The notes under the pieces were generated by a model, which saw nothing but the letters and a program-made list of their open reading frames with translations, was not told where the DNA came from and ran no database searches. This document shows, piece after piece, positions 40,160 through 52,927 of a DNA stretch of 64,000 bases. Both the position numbers and the translations under genes were made by a program. The stretch covers positions 75,135 to 139,134 of the forward strand of contig NW_015172628.1 of assembly GCF_001447785.1 (NCBI RefSeq). The letters run 5' to 3'. The DNA is from Gekko japonicus (taxonomy: Eukaryota). Within the stretch, counting starts at the first letter, position 1, and each line of letters starts with the position of its first letter.

Positions 40160-40964
40160 CTTTCTCTGCTTCCTTTCATCTTCGCTGTCAAACAATGGAA
40201 GGGAAGTGCCCATGGCAGTGCTAATTTCCTGTCCCAGATATACAATGAGGATGCTGGCATCAACTTGGTGGGGTAATGGTGTCCAGAGCCAGATGGGGGC
40301 TCTGAAGCTGGTCCCATGACTATTGCAAAGGTGGTAGGCCAGTATGGTGGGGCCAGAGCCCCTTGAGGGGGATGAGAATAGGAGATAGGGCCCATCAGTG
40401 ACTCCAGTGAAAAACTGGTGTTTGGTGCAGTTGCAGGGCCGGGCTTCCTCAGGCTGGTAGAAACATGTGGCAAGCAGGCAAGGCTGTGTCTGTTACTAGA
40501 AAGCCATGCCTCCAAAGCTCAACAGTGAATTAATGGGGTCAGGCCAAGAAGGAGGCCAAAGCAGTCAGCCACAAGGGAGCACAGACCTCTCCTAAGTCTT
40601 TTCCAGGAATGGGAGGAACCACTTGTGATTGGCTGGTTTCCCATAAAGGTAAGGGGGAAGGACTTGCAGGGACTGAGAAGAGCTATTTAAGCTCCTCCAG
40701 CCCAGAGCCAAGGAAAACACAGTTGGAGCTACTCATCTCCCACACAGATAGCTCAGAGAGATGGGCAGGAAAGTGAAAAGAGAGTCCCATTGGGAGCAGA
40801 AAGAATTCAGGGTGAAGATTCAACACCCTCCCCTCCCAGTCTGAAGCCTCTGCAGGAGTGCAGTATGAACTCAGTATGCCCTCTGGTGAACTCATCACCA
40901 AGGAGGCAGAGATGACCTTTGCTCAACAACCCACCAGCCATGGATTGTTGCACTGCCTTCCATT

Positions 40965-42410
40965 TATTTATTTATTTATTTAATCAGATTGATACCCCGG
41001 CCTCCCAGCCTAGGCTGGCCCAGGGTGGCTTACATAAAATCAGCAAAACATTTGGTAATATACTAAAACATTTAAAACAGTATTAAAACAATTGTAAGTT
41101 CCCTAAAGTGTTAGATTGTAATAACAACATTCATGATGGCTTCCATCAGCTGTCTCTCTTCCCAGGCCGGCTCGCAGGTCTTCTATAGATGTCTTCAGTG
41201 TCTTTCTGGCTGTTGGTACAGACTGTTAGGGCACATTCCAGGACAGCGGAATTCTATCCTAGTTGTTAGTGGTGGTGGCGACTCCAAAAGCCTGGCGGAA
41301 GAGCTCTGTTTTACAGGCCCTGTGGAACTGTAATAGGTTCTGCAAGGCCCTGATCTCCTCTGGGAGCTCATTCCACCAGGATGGAGCCGCCACCGAGAAA
41401 GCCCATGCCCTGGTTGTCCTCAGCCTGGACTCCTTAAGACTCAGAAGGGCCAGTTGGTTCTGGACACAGTGCTCTCTGGGGAACATGTGGGGAAAGGCGG
41501 TCCCTCAGGTATGTAGGTCCCTGGCCATAAAGGGCTTTAAAGGTAAGAACCAGCACCTTGAAATGAATTCGGTACGCTATCGGCAGCCAGTGTAGTGCTT
41601 TGAGCACAGGCTGGATGTGCTCCCGACTTGGGAGTCCCATCAACAGCCTGGCCGCCTCATTTTGCACCAGCTGTAGCTTCTGGATTTGAGACAAGGGCAG
41701 CCCCATGTAGAGAGCATTACAGTAGTCCAATCTTGACGTGACCATTGTGTGGATCGCTATTGCCAAGTCATTATGTTTGAGGAAGGGAACCAGCTGCCTA
41801 ATCAGCCGAAGATGGTAAAAGGCTGCCTTGGCAGTGGCTGCTACGTGGGCCTCCATCATTAAGGAGGCATCTAGGAGCACTCCCAGACTCCTAACCTCTG
41901 ACACTGGGACCAGGGGTACCCCATTGAAGGTCGGGAGTGGGATCCCTACCCTCGGACCACCCCGACCCAGGCAAAGGACCTCCATCTTCATCAGATTCAA
42001 TTTCAGCCAGCTCAGCCTAAGCTAATCAGCCACATCTTGTAACACCCGGTCTAGATCTTCCGGTTTGGCATCGGACTGATCGCCCAACAAGAGATAGAGC
42101 TGGGTGTCATCTGCGTACTGGTGACAGCCCAGCCCATGCCTCCGGGCAATCTGGACAAGGGGGTGCATGTAGATGTTAAAGAGCATTGGGGACAACACTG
42201 CCCCTTGAGGCACTCCACACTCCAGTGGTGCCTCTGGGATAGTTGATCCCCCAGCGCCACTCTTTGTCCCCGACTTTGGAAGAAGGAGGAAAACCATTGC
42301 AAGGTCACCCCCTGAACCCCATTGTCAGTGAGGCGGTGGACCAGTAGCTGTTGGTCGACTGTGTCGAACACTGCTGATAAGTCTAACAACAGCAGCACCA
42401 CCAGTCTGGA
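40965..42410 (-). mobile_element. 5'-truncated L2-type LINE, same family
   Basis: LLDLSAVFDTVD, GVPQGAVLSPMLFNIYM, YADDTQLY, SRLDYCNALY; (TAAA)n tail. Confidence 0.9.
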
Positions 42411-42419
42411 GCCCACTTA

Positions 42420-42706
42420 GAGGAGGAGGAGAAGGAGATTGGATTTATACCCTGCCTTTCACTACCCAAAGATGTCTCAGAGCAGCTTACAAACTCCTTT
42501 CCCTTCCCCTCCCCACAACAGACACCCTGTGAGGTAGGTGGGGCTGAGAGAGCTCTTGACAGAAACTGTTCTTTTTCCAGAACAGCTCTTATCAGAACTA
42601 TGGCTTGCTCAAGGTCATCCGGCCAGGTGCAAGTGGAGGAGTGGGGAATCAAACGTGGTTCTCCCAGATTAGAGTCCACATATTTAACCACTACACCAAA
42701 CTGGCT
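42420..42706 (-). mobile_element. tRNA-derived SINE
   Basis: Minus strand agccagtttggtgtagtggttaa (box A) ... gtttgattcccc (box B), with an L2-like 3' tail. Confidence 0.8.
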
Positions 42707-44465
42707 ACTGTCTCTCCTTCTTGCACCCAGGTCTCAGTCACGCACACCAGCTCTACATTCTGATCTTGCAGAAAGTCCCAAAGGACTGTGGTGTTACACA
42801 ACGTCAATGTCGGAGGGGGGGTTACTCCTCCTAGCCCTACTGCATACTACCTTTGGGATGGGACACAGGCTGGAAGGGGGCCGAGCTACTCTACTTCTCC
42901 ATCCCCTTCCCATAACTCCATGCCTGGACCCACCGCTATACTTTCCCTTCCCCAGGAGCACTGGTATCGCTAACTCGGTCATTGCTTCACCTGCTGATCT
43001 TCGCTGGCTGTACTCCGCCACAGGTCTCAGACCAACTAACTTGACTCAACCCAGATAAATCTTTCAGCAGCAAATGCTGACTGCCAATAGCTCCACACTT
43101 AGCTTATCCCCTCAATTTACATGCCCTCCCAATTAATCCAGTAGCTTCTACTTGCCTAACTAACCTACCCCCTTCCCCTTTTTTTGGAAAATTTAGGTCC
43201 ACAACTGGATGGCCTCTTAATAATTTTATCAGTACTTTAACTACCAATTCAATTAACTAACAAATTCATCGATTACAGGGCAGTTAATAATCAATACATT
43301 CAGACCATAGTTAATTGGAAAATAACAACTCAATCAATTTATCACTATTCCTAAGCCAATCAACTAAATCTAAACCTAAATGTTCCCTATGGTCAGTTCC
43401 TCCCCATCTGCTGCCAATTATTAAACTGTAAATGGTAGTCCAATTCCAAGTAGTTGGGCTCAGTCAATCTGATGATTCCCTTTGGTTGACTTCGTCTGTA
43501 GTTACCAGACCCGGCCTCCGGTGTCAGTGTCCTGCCAGTGTCCACATCTGTCCAGCCCTTCAGGACTATCCAAATCAGCATAGCAATGTCCCGTGGGTCT
43601 GCCAGGCTTTTAAGTTCCCGATTCTACGCTGCCCCTGCAGCTGTTGCCCCAGATGAAAAATCCAAAAGGGGGGGCACTGCCTTAGTCGAGCAGCAATCTG
43701 TTGTATGCTGTACTTGGGTTCAGCCGGGGGAACACCGCAGAGAGCAGAGACCCTCCCTGGGCTCCCTAGCCCCCACCTGAGCACCTGGAGTGCTTCCATG
43801 GGTTGCCGCTGTGGCAGCCACCACCCCCCGTTGGGTGCAGGTGACTCTCACTGGAGCAGCTGGAGCAGCGACTGCACAGGTGATCACCCAAGCAGGCCGG
43901 AACTCAAGAGGTCCCGCAACCAGCCAGTATGCGCTCATAGTCGGTAGGACTTCTACTCCACGCCGCTGCTGCGCCAACGGCTGTCAGAAGCTGCACCGCA
44001 ACCAGAGAGGTAATTGTAGTTGTAACTGCATGTTTTGCTAGCAGTAAGCCCGGTGTTTCTGGCCTTGCATCAGTCCTTCAGGTACTATCCAAGCCCGCAT
44101 TGCTATTTAGCTATTTATTCCAAGGTCTGTTGGTTAACTGAGTCAGTGTTTCAGGCAGGAGCCGCTAGCACTCGCCTCCCTGCTCGGTGCCATCTTTCTC
44201 GCTTTTGTATCACTAGTGCCAGCCAACCATGTCACACATCCACATATTAGTAAAATGACATTTTACCATTTAGTGGCTATCGATATAGATAGAAGTATGA
44301 TGGTTGCTCCAATGGAAGCCATATTTAAAGAAAACATGGTTGCACAGAAGCAGTCTTTAGTAGGTTATATCCTTATTTATAACATTCAAAATAATTATGT
44401 ATAAAGTTGTATATGCGTCTTTATTATTTTATTGATTTTAAAATAACATTCCCTTGTGTTCTAGG

Positions 44466-44808
44466 TAAAGGTAAAGGTTCCCTTGCTCGAAAGCCAGTCG
44501 AATCCGACTCTAGGGTTGCGGTGCTCATCTCCGTTTCAAAGCCGAAGAGCCAGCGCTGTCCAAAGACGTTTCCGTGGTCATGTGGCCGGCATGACTAAAC
44601 ACCGAGGCGCACGGAACGCTGTTACCTTCCCACTGAAGTGGTCCCTATTTATCTACTTGCAATTTCTTTCTTTCGAACTGCTAGGTTGGCAGGAGCTGGA
44701 ACTAGAGATGGGAGCTCACCCCATCATGCGGCCCCCGGGTCTTGAACTGCTGAACTACTGACCTTCCACAGCCTGCAGTTCAGCGTCTTAACCACTTGAG
44801 CCACCGCA
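44466..44808 (+). mobile_element. Full-length Sauria SINE
   Basis: Sauria SINE-type sequence flanked by the direct repeat gttctagg (44458-44465, 44809-44816). Confidence 0.88.
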
Positions 44809-45411
44809 GTTCTAGGAAGAGTGAAAAACAAAATTATCTAAAATAAAACTCTCTCAAATATGTTAGATATGAACTTGCTTCATATCATTAGTTGTAAAGG
44901 GATTTTCATCCAAGCCGATAACCCTTTATTATAAAGAAGAAATAATGAGCCAGATGTATGATTGGAAGACCAGATATACTGCAGAAATGCTGATGACATA
45001 TGCATTTGAGTGTAAACATGTACACTCTTTGTGCACACATTGCATCCTCCTACAGGACCATCACTGGTGTGTATGTGTGTGTGTTTGTGTAATGTCTAGG
45101 TTTGACCCTCAGCTACAGTTGTCAGCCATTCTGATGCCACAACACCACTTCTGGTGTGACCCCATTAGTGATGTCATTGCATCAGTGCAGCATGCTAGTA
45201 TTCCCCACAAGAGACTTGCATATGTCTCTACTGGCTACTTCGGCCAAATTTGAGTGTTGGTCAAATTTGGTCAAATTTGAGTGTGGTGCTGAGCCATCAT
45301 GGTTATCTTGGGAATTTGCTTTATATATTGAAGCAAATATATATTATACACACACACTGGTTAAAGACAAAGCTTGTAATTATTAGTGGGATTAAATATA
45401 AATGCACCAAC

Positions 45412-45605
45412 CTCAAGATTGTTTCGTTGTTACAGCAATTATCATAAGAAACCACATAACCCACTTCATGACCAATATTGACATCCATCTCATCAGCAGC
45501 TCTCAATGCCAACCACACCGTAGCATGCTTACACGTTTGTGTGCAAACAACTGTTCCATGTTGAAAATGGGCAGCAAGAGAATATTCAGCACACCATTGA
45601 GGTAC
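45412..45605 (-). CDS. DHX32: DHX32 coding exon 2
   Basis: VPQWCAEYSL...LALRAADEMDVNIGHEVGYVVSYDNCCNNETILR. Acceptor cattcaag, donor gttggt; 194 nt, ends phase 2. Confidence 0.95.
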
Positions 45606-46183
45606 CTTGAATGTTAGAAAAGAGAGACAAAATGCATCAGTCTACAAAATAAACACGCTGGGTTTTTTTTTTGCTTATATGTTTTGATTATAAGAGATGT
45701 CCAAAGTGCTCCTATGTTACTTGCTAGCTGTCTGGCTCCTAGCAATTGAACAGTTCAATAAGAGGAAATTATCTTCCAGGATAAATGTCAAGACCTGGAG
45801 TCAGTTAAGTGGTCAAACATGAAGTGAAAGACAGTTCTGGGAATTTCTTGTTCTGCACTAGATTAGTTGGAGTACATTAGAGAAGTGACAGGAATAGCCT
45901 CTGGGGAGAAGAGAACATCTGCACTCTTGTTCTTGAGCTCTATGTTGTTTGCTTGGTTTAATAGTGTTATGTTATGGCAACTTCTGGTCAGGGCCACATT
46001 GTCTGCCTGTACTTCCTATAGGGCTTGTCTATGGCCCTATGATGATTTTAGTGCACTCAAAGGAAATGACCATCTGTCAGGAAGAAGTTAACAACCAACA
46101 AAAAAAAGTTTATTTGAAGTAGAACAACTGTATATATTATGGTAACTGTAGTACTCGTAGCAGAATTCCACAGTGGTTCTAAG

Positions 46184-46934
46184 TAGGGATGGACATGAAC
46201 TGAAAAAATGCAGTTCGGTTTGTGTGCCCCATTTGCGAACCATGGGCAATTACACATTTTTAGCTGCCTCACAAAACAAACCGGTTTGTGAGGAAGCTAA
46301 AGATTTGTAATGGCCTGTGGTTCACAGATGGGGCACACAAACTGAACCATATTTTTTTTCAGTTTGGTCTGTGGTGTTCGTGAGGCAGTAGAATGTCCCC
46401 CCAGTGTGCTAGAGACACCAAATAGTCATTTCCCCAGAAAGCACTTTCCTGGGGGTACCTTCTTTGGGGGGGGGGCATAACTCAGACCCCATATAGCCAA
46501 TCCTCATTAAACTTGAAAAGCAGGTAGAGGAGAGTCTGTCGGAGACCCCCTGTGAGTTTGGTGTCTCTAGCTTGCATACGATTCATTCTGTGCACTCCTG
46601 AACCTGCACGTGTCAAAATGACCAAGGCTCAGGAGTGTACAGAATGAATCCTGTGGAAACTAGAGACATCAAATTCACAGGGGGCCTCTCCCCGGAAGCT
46701 TCACTACATGCCCTCCAAGTTGTTGCTTTGAAGTTCTGTAAACATTTTGACTGAGTGGAGACAGTCTGTATGGAAATGTCTTCGCTCACGAACTGGCACG
46801 AACCTCCATGAACAGCTTGAAAGTTCATGGAAGGTTTGTGTCAGTTGACCTGTCACGACCTTCACTTCACAAAGCGCGAACAGCCAAAATTTGTCATGAA
46901 CTTTAGTTAGTGCACTGGTTCATTCCCATCCCAA
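46184..46934. mobile_element. Non-autonomous hAT element (TAGGGATG TIR)
   Basis: tagggatggacatgaac / gttcattcccatcccaa; 8-bp TSD gttctaag. Confidence 0.85.
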
Positions 46935-48666
46935 GTTCTAAGATCTTATAGTTTGTGGCTAGGACAGAATTTTAAGAGTGACACATGTAGCCTTAGAAAA
47001 ACAGATGAGGAAACCCACAAATTAGCTCCTCTCCAAGGTGCATTTTACACAAAATGAGTTTATACACCATCATATAGTGACTATTCCCTAACAGGTGATA
47101 GCATAAACTTATCTATTATTATCCTACCTTGCTTTCTGCCCCATCTGATCCCAATATATTACAGAACTGTACAGAACTGTTGCTTACACATCCCAATTTG
47201 TTTTTCCAGTAAAGTTTTTTTCCTGTCACAGAGCCAAGTCTGACTTCTGACAGTACAGAACAAGAAACAATATATATATGGGAGTACTATCTTAAAAGTC
47301 CAGATAACTATGCTTATTGATGTGTGGAAAGCAGTACAGGAATGTAATAAGCACCCATGGGAGAATATTTATAAAACAAGTGATGACTAATGTAACCCCA
47401 CAAACTCCACTAGTGCCATTCTGTGAGGGCTGTTTTCCAGTTTTAAAACATTCATTACTTCATGAAGAAGCACTCATCCAGCCATGCTTCTTTTTAATGG
47501 AGGCAGCTCACAGTTCCACCATTACTCAATAAACCCAGTGGGAGTGCTATTGCCCAAGCTGAGTGGACACTGCAGCAACTCAACTTTTTCCAACTGTGTG
47601 TTCCAAATCCATCAAAACTCAATCACTTCCCAATTCTGTGAGCTTTGACAGAGAACAGGAGCAACTCACAGAACTGGTATGAATGAAATGTCAGTTATGT
47701 AGCATTGCACTAACTCTGCCTCCTTTCCTTCATGAAACAGAGCAGTTGTACATGAAGCTCTTTTATAGAGCAGGGCTTCTGAGGTCCCTAGCTTACACAG
47801 ATATCTACATGTGCGATGTTTTTATACAATATGCAAGTGAAACATTTTTGATTTTATAGTCTGGAATAACATTACTATGAATAAAGGTTATGGCATAAAG
47901 GATGTTAATGTGTTTGCTGAGGAATTAAGAAAGCAGCAAAGCACCATTAACACATTCATGTGGGTTCGAGGGGAGGATAATTCTGGTTCATAGATTTGTT
48001 TGACTGTCTTTCCAAGGGGCAAATTAGACATTACACAAGAGACACGTAAACAGTCTCATGATATTATTTTAATGAAAAACAATAATAAGAGCTGCAATTG
48101 GGAACACAAGAACAATAGGGAAGGGAAACATATACCCCCCCAGCTGTTTTTCTATTAAAAATTACCAACCAAGTTGCTTTTCTCCCAAAGGGAAGAATCA
48201 AAACCCTGACTATTCCTCCTCTCAAGCTGGTACTTTCCTGTGGATGCTTTTTATTAAAAAATAATAATAAAAAACTGTTTAAATATCTACTGTGTTACTT
48301 CAATGTTGACCTGAGTGTCATTGGACCTACAAGTCATATGTACACTTTCATTTTAGGATTCTGGATGGTAAAACTGTTTATATTTAGTTTAAATCATTAG
48401 AAATCCATCATTAAAACATTTAGGAATCTTTAGAATTCAGTGCAACTCAGTTGTGCTGCTATTTCAGTTTCAAGAGGGTCTCACTTCACAATGGGATTAT
48501 TTATTTACTCAAATATTTATACCTCACCTTTCTCTTGTCACTCAAGGTGGCTTATATTCTAAAGTAAAACCATACATAATCCAATTAAACCCCATAATTC
48601 CTTTTCTTCAAGAAAATGTCTTCAGCTTCAACCCCATTAAAAGCTCTAGCAAACAAAACAGCCTTA

Positions 48667-48935
48667 GGCTGCGATCATACGTACCAGAAGCTGCAACAGA
48701 CATGCGATTCCCCCACGGATTAAAGGGACACGATCTGTCCAGCGTCCCGGAGTCGTTGGCGGGGCATCTTGTTGCGCTGCAGGAGCGTCGCAAAAAGCCA
48801 CTGGGAAAAGGCTAGTAGTATCCAGAAGTGCGGGGCAGGCGGGCGGAAGTCTGATCGCGCAAACGCGCATCAGTTCACCCTGGGGCAAACAGCCTTGCTT
48901 CCCGCTTGCAGTTCCTCGCTGGTGTGATCGGAGCC
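48667..48935. mobile_element. PIF/Harbinger-type MITE
   Basis: TIRs ggctgcgatcatac / gtgtgatcggagcc; TTA TSD; CpG-rich. Confidence 0.8.
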
Positions 48936-49279
48936 TTACACTACTTTCTGGAGAGTTCTAACAACAGTGTCTCCCTCATGCTCAGGGAGCCTATTTCATG
49001 AGGTAGTGGAAAGGACTGGACTATAGCAAATTCCAACTGGGCAACCTTATGTGGGGCTGTTGTAAATTCCAACTTATAGCAAATTCCAACTTATAGCAAA
49101 TTCCAACTGGGCAACCTTATGTGGGGGAACAACTAAAAGGTGGCAACTACAGGACTTTAATCAATACACAGGGACATATGGGAAAAGAGAGGTTAAATCA
49201 CTGTTTAATCCGTTTAACGTTTAAATACAGTAGCCTACTATTGAGCCAAGCAGGAATTTTATATCATTCCCTTTCTGAT

Positions 49280-49600
49280 GATGCTCCACTGGTTACCAAT
49301 CAGTTACAAGGTTAAATTCAAAGTGCTAGCTATCACCTACAAAGCCCTTAAAGGCACTGTACCCACATACGTGCAGGTCTGCCTCTCTTGCTCTGCTCTG
49401 CTGCAACAGCTCCACTCATCTAAACAAAGTCTTCTGAAGACGCCACCCTGCAAACAGTTTAAATTGGCAATTCCCCATTCACACACATTCTCTGTGGTGG
49501 CTCCTATATTGTGGAATAGTCTGGCTGAGGCTATCAGGAAGGCCCTAACACTTCTAGTATTTTGCAAAATAGAGTTCAGGAGGGCATTTTTTAAAGAAAG
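49280..49600 (+). mobile_element. Old L2 3' fragment
   Basis: LHWLPISYKVKFKVLAITYKAL...FSVVAPILWNSL. Confidence 0.75.
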
Positions 49601-50724
49601 AACAAAGCTGCAGTGTAATGGCTCAGTTCAGGAGGTGACTTTTATTAGGGATAAAGTCTTTCCTACAATGATTGTCTTGTAGCCTTAAACAGATATGATT
49701 ATATGTGTCATTCTGTCCCCCCCCCCATTCTCTAATCCCAGTCCAACCACCTTATGCTGGTTTACCAGGAATCTTTGCCATTGGATTCAAATGTTATCTT
49801 ATCTTGTAACTTGCTTACAGATCACCTGATATTATCAAACTTTGGAATATGCCTACTGATTGAGCATACTTTTATCATAGTTGTAATCTGCCTTGGGTCC
49901 AATGAGAAAGGAAGACATAATAACAATAGCAATAACAACAAAAAATTTACACTGAAATAACTGAATGCCGGTTACCGTCAACTGGGCAACTGTTCAGTCT
50001 GAACTACCAAAAAAATAGCTTGTCTAGAATTTCTACTCTATCCACACATAGTGTTGAAGTTGCACACATGCCTTTTGGGTCAGACTTATTAATTTGTGCC
50101 AAAAAATATGTAGGTACTTTTGGGCTCAGAATGAACAACATTCTTTACATTTTTTCAAGTTTTACAGCAGTTAGGTTTAGCTTGAGGTTCTTGTTAATTG
50201 CTTTTTGCATATTACAAGCAATTCATTAACTGAAGCTCCACGGTTCTCAAACATAAAAATTCGGTTTTTTCTTAGTCTTTAGACAGATTTCCTGCTGGTA
50301 CCAAGGAAGACTGCGGGGCTGAAAGTTTTAAAAGATTATTACTTTTATTATAACTATGATGAATTAAAATGCAGCTTTCAGCAAGCAAGAACACATTTAC
50401 ATTCTCAAAGTTCAGCCAGAATGCCACCTGGGTGGTGATGAAGCAGTATGTAATCACAAAATACCATTCTGAGAAACCAAGTAATATGCTGAGCATTGAA
50501 ACCCTCTCCACACACACCCACAACTTTAATGTGTAAACTCATGCCCAAACTAGACTTAAGGTGATAGCTGTTTGGGGTACCTTAATTCTTTCACAGCAGC
50601 TTCTTAGCCAGCCAAGAGTTAGACTTGGACCATGGAGGCCTGGATTCAAATCTCTGCTCAGTCACCAACTGAAAAACTATACTTCACTCACCTGTTGTAA
50701 GCATTCAGTGGAAGTGGAGACATT

Positions 50725-51174
50725 GGCTGCGGTCATACACACTAAATAATCCACTTTCAATACACTTTGTAACTGTGGCCCCGGTCACACGGGAGGCTTT
50801 GATCCGCAAGAGGAACGGATCGGGGGCGCATCAAGCAGGCGTGATCACACTGCAACTTCTGGGAAGCGGTGCGCACCCATCCCCGATCCATCTCTTCTGG
50901 CTGAAGATGCGGATCAGAAAAAAACACTAGTACTTACCAAAAAATCCGCTGCAGGGGCGGACGTGTGATTGCCGGTGCACCCGTCTCTCCCGCAGCATGC
51001 GAGGTCCTGCTCTGTGGTCCGTGGCTCCCCCCGGCATCTGATCGTGCCGGGGAGGAACTGTGCGGCAGCTGGGGGGATCTGTCTGATCCCGCCGCCGCAC
51101 TTCCCTTTCGGTACAGTAAAATCCAGTTGGAAAGTGCATTGAAAGTGGATTATTTAGTGTGTATGACCACAGCC
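50725..51174. mobile_element. MITE with ~50-bp TIRs and ATT TSD, containing a nested element (50778-~51110)
   Basis: ggctgYggtcatacacactaaataatccactttcaat... at both ends in inverted orientation; att on both flanks. Confidence 0.85.
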
Positions 51175-51423
51175 ATTGTATTCCTAAGAAGCTCATTAGA
51201 AGAAGGGTAAGGTAAAAAATGCAATATAACTAAATGCCTAATTATAGTAGTTACGTTAGCACAGCTGAGAGATCAAATGAGGATGGATGTAATCAGTTCC
51301 TTTTCAAGATAGTCAGAGCTGCCTAATAACCCTTTCCCCTGCTTATTTTAGCACCACCCCAGTTCACATGCAGCTTGTGTACTCTTTGCAGGTCCCTGAA
51401 GCAAAGGATGGAAGCACAACTTA

Positions 51424-51867
51424 GGCCCCTGCCACACAGGGGGGGGGGACACGGGCAAAGTGCGGCTTTTTAAAGCTGCACCAAAAGAGACACGCGGTGG
51501 CGGAATCACATAGAACCCCTGAGCCGCCGCGCACTTCCTCCCCGGCACGATCAGATGCCGGGGGGAAGCCACTGACAGGGAAGCGAGGCAGCCTAACTGC
51601 GCATGTGTGAGCATGCGCAGTTCGGATGGGAGCTGGGATTGCTACAAACGAAGAGCGCGCCGGCGATCCCATGGCCGCGCTTGATGCGGCGTCCCAGGTA
51701 AGTCCTCCTCTGGGGGTGGTTCTTTTTTACAGCATGTTATTGGCCTGAAGGGACGGATCGGGGACGGGTGCAAGCCGATTCCCAGATGTTGCGGTGTGCT
51801 CGCGCCTGTTTGCTGCGCCCCCGATCCGTCCCTCTCCCGGGCCAAAATCTCCCATGTGACCGGGGCC
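51424..51867. mobile_element. PIF/Harbinger-type MITE
   Basis: TIRs ggcccctgccacacagg / cccatgtgaccggggcc; TTA TSD; homologous in inverted orientation to 50778-51110. Confidence 0.82.
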
Positions 51868-52729
51868 TTAGTTGTCATATCAGGTACAACTTGTGGGAGA
51901 GGAGGAAATGTCAAGTACTTTGGAGTCCGTGACAGAGGAACTCTTAACCAGATCCTGACACTAGTGTTCTCTCAGGGCCAATTTCAAAGACTGATGAGGC
52001 TGGGCATTTGCCAAGCTTCAAGACTGGCAAGGGATCCTCCAGTCACTCAAAGAATGGTGCCATTCTCTCTATGTATGGCACACCCAATGAGATCAGAGAC
52101 AGCATAAGACAATTCTCATTTCACACACTTGTCTTTTCCAGAAGTCCAACAAGAATGCCTTGCTGAAGGATACCAAAATCTTACAGCCATCACTGAGTTT
52201 TCTTGCTGCTCGATCCTATGAGAACTATAATTCCACATAACATGATAAAATTATTCCAGTACTAGCTTATGACTATAAAATGCCCTCCATAGTTGTGAAG
52301 GTGGACATGAATTTCCAATAAACCATCTGTGCTCTGGGATGAACATGAGGAAAGAAATGGGGGAGGGGAGGAGAAAAGAACATTCCTTACAGGACACCAC
52401 AGAGTAGGGAAGCAGTACCTCTCTAGCCTGAGTTCCTGACCGCTGAATATTCAGTACTGTATGAGCCCTCCTGTCCCTCTACTCAAGCATGTGGGGGAAG
52501 ATAATAGAGTTGCACAATTCTTGGATTTTGTTTCCATTACAGCCTTTATTACTCACCTTCATTACAGTTCCTTCCCTTTTACTGTGTGGTAGGTGGATAG
52601 GCCAGTGCCAAGGCCTAGACAGAACACATAATGTCAGCCACTCTGAGGACAAAATTTCCCAGAATACCTTTAGGGCACAGTTCCACAAACACAATGGAAA
52701 GATATTTTCAGGTGGGGAGCCATTTTGGT

Positions 52730-52927
52730 CTGCAGTAGACGAGCCAGAATCAAGCCCAGTAGCACTTTAAAGACCAAGAAAATTCCCAGGGCATAAACTT
52801 TCAAGAGCCAAACCTCCTCCATTAAAGCTTGTATCTGACTAAGGGAGCTCTGACTCTTGCAGGCTTATACCCTGGAGTTCTGTTGGTCTTTAAGGTGCTA
52901 CTGGACTTGAATCGAGCTCTTCTACAC
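52730..52927. mobile_element. Penelope-like terminal repeat remnants in inverted arrangement (relatives at 24695-24812 minus, 60990-61080 plus)
   Basis: ccagtagcactttaaagaccaa ... ttggtctttaaggtgctactgg inverted pair; the shared motif resembles squamate PLE pLTR ends. Confidence 0.6.

Larger units (their letters stand above)
35640..40270 (+). mobile_element. Degraded Gypsy (Gmr1-like) pol relic in three pieces: ~35640-36110, ~37555-38428, 40160-40270
   Basis: MTHLLQHVILT and PIV..VPKLDGAIHF; then LELTKGYWQV...KTAFAT...FQQLVDQVL and RNase H PDFTQPF / VITDHAPLQW; then KGSAHGSANFLSQ. Confidence 0.75.
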
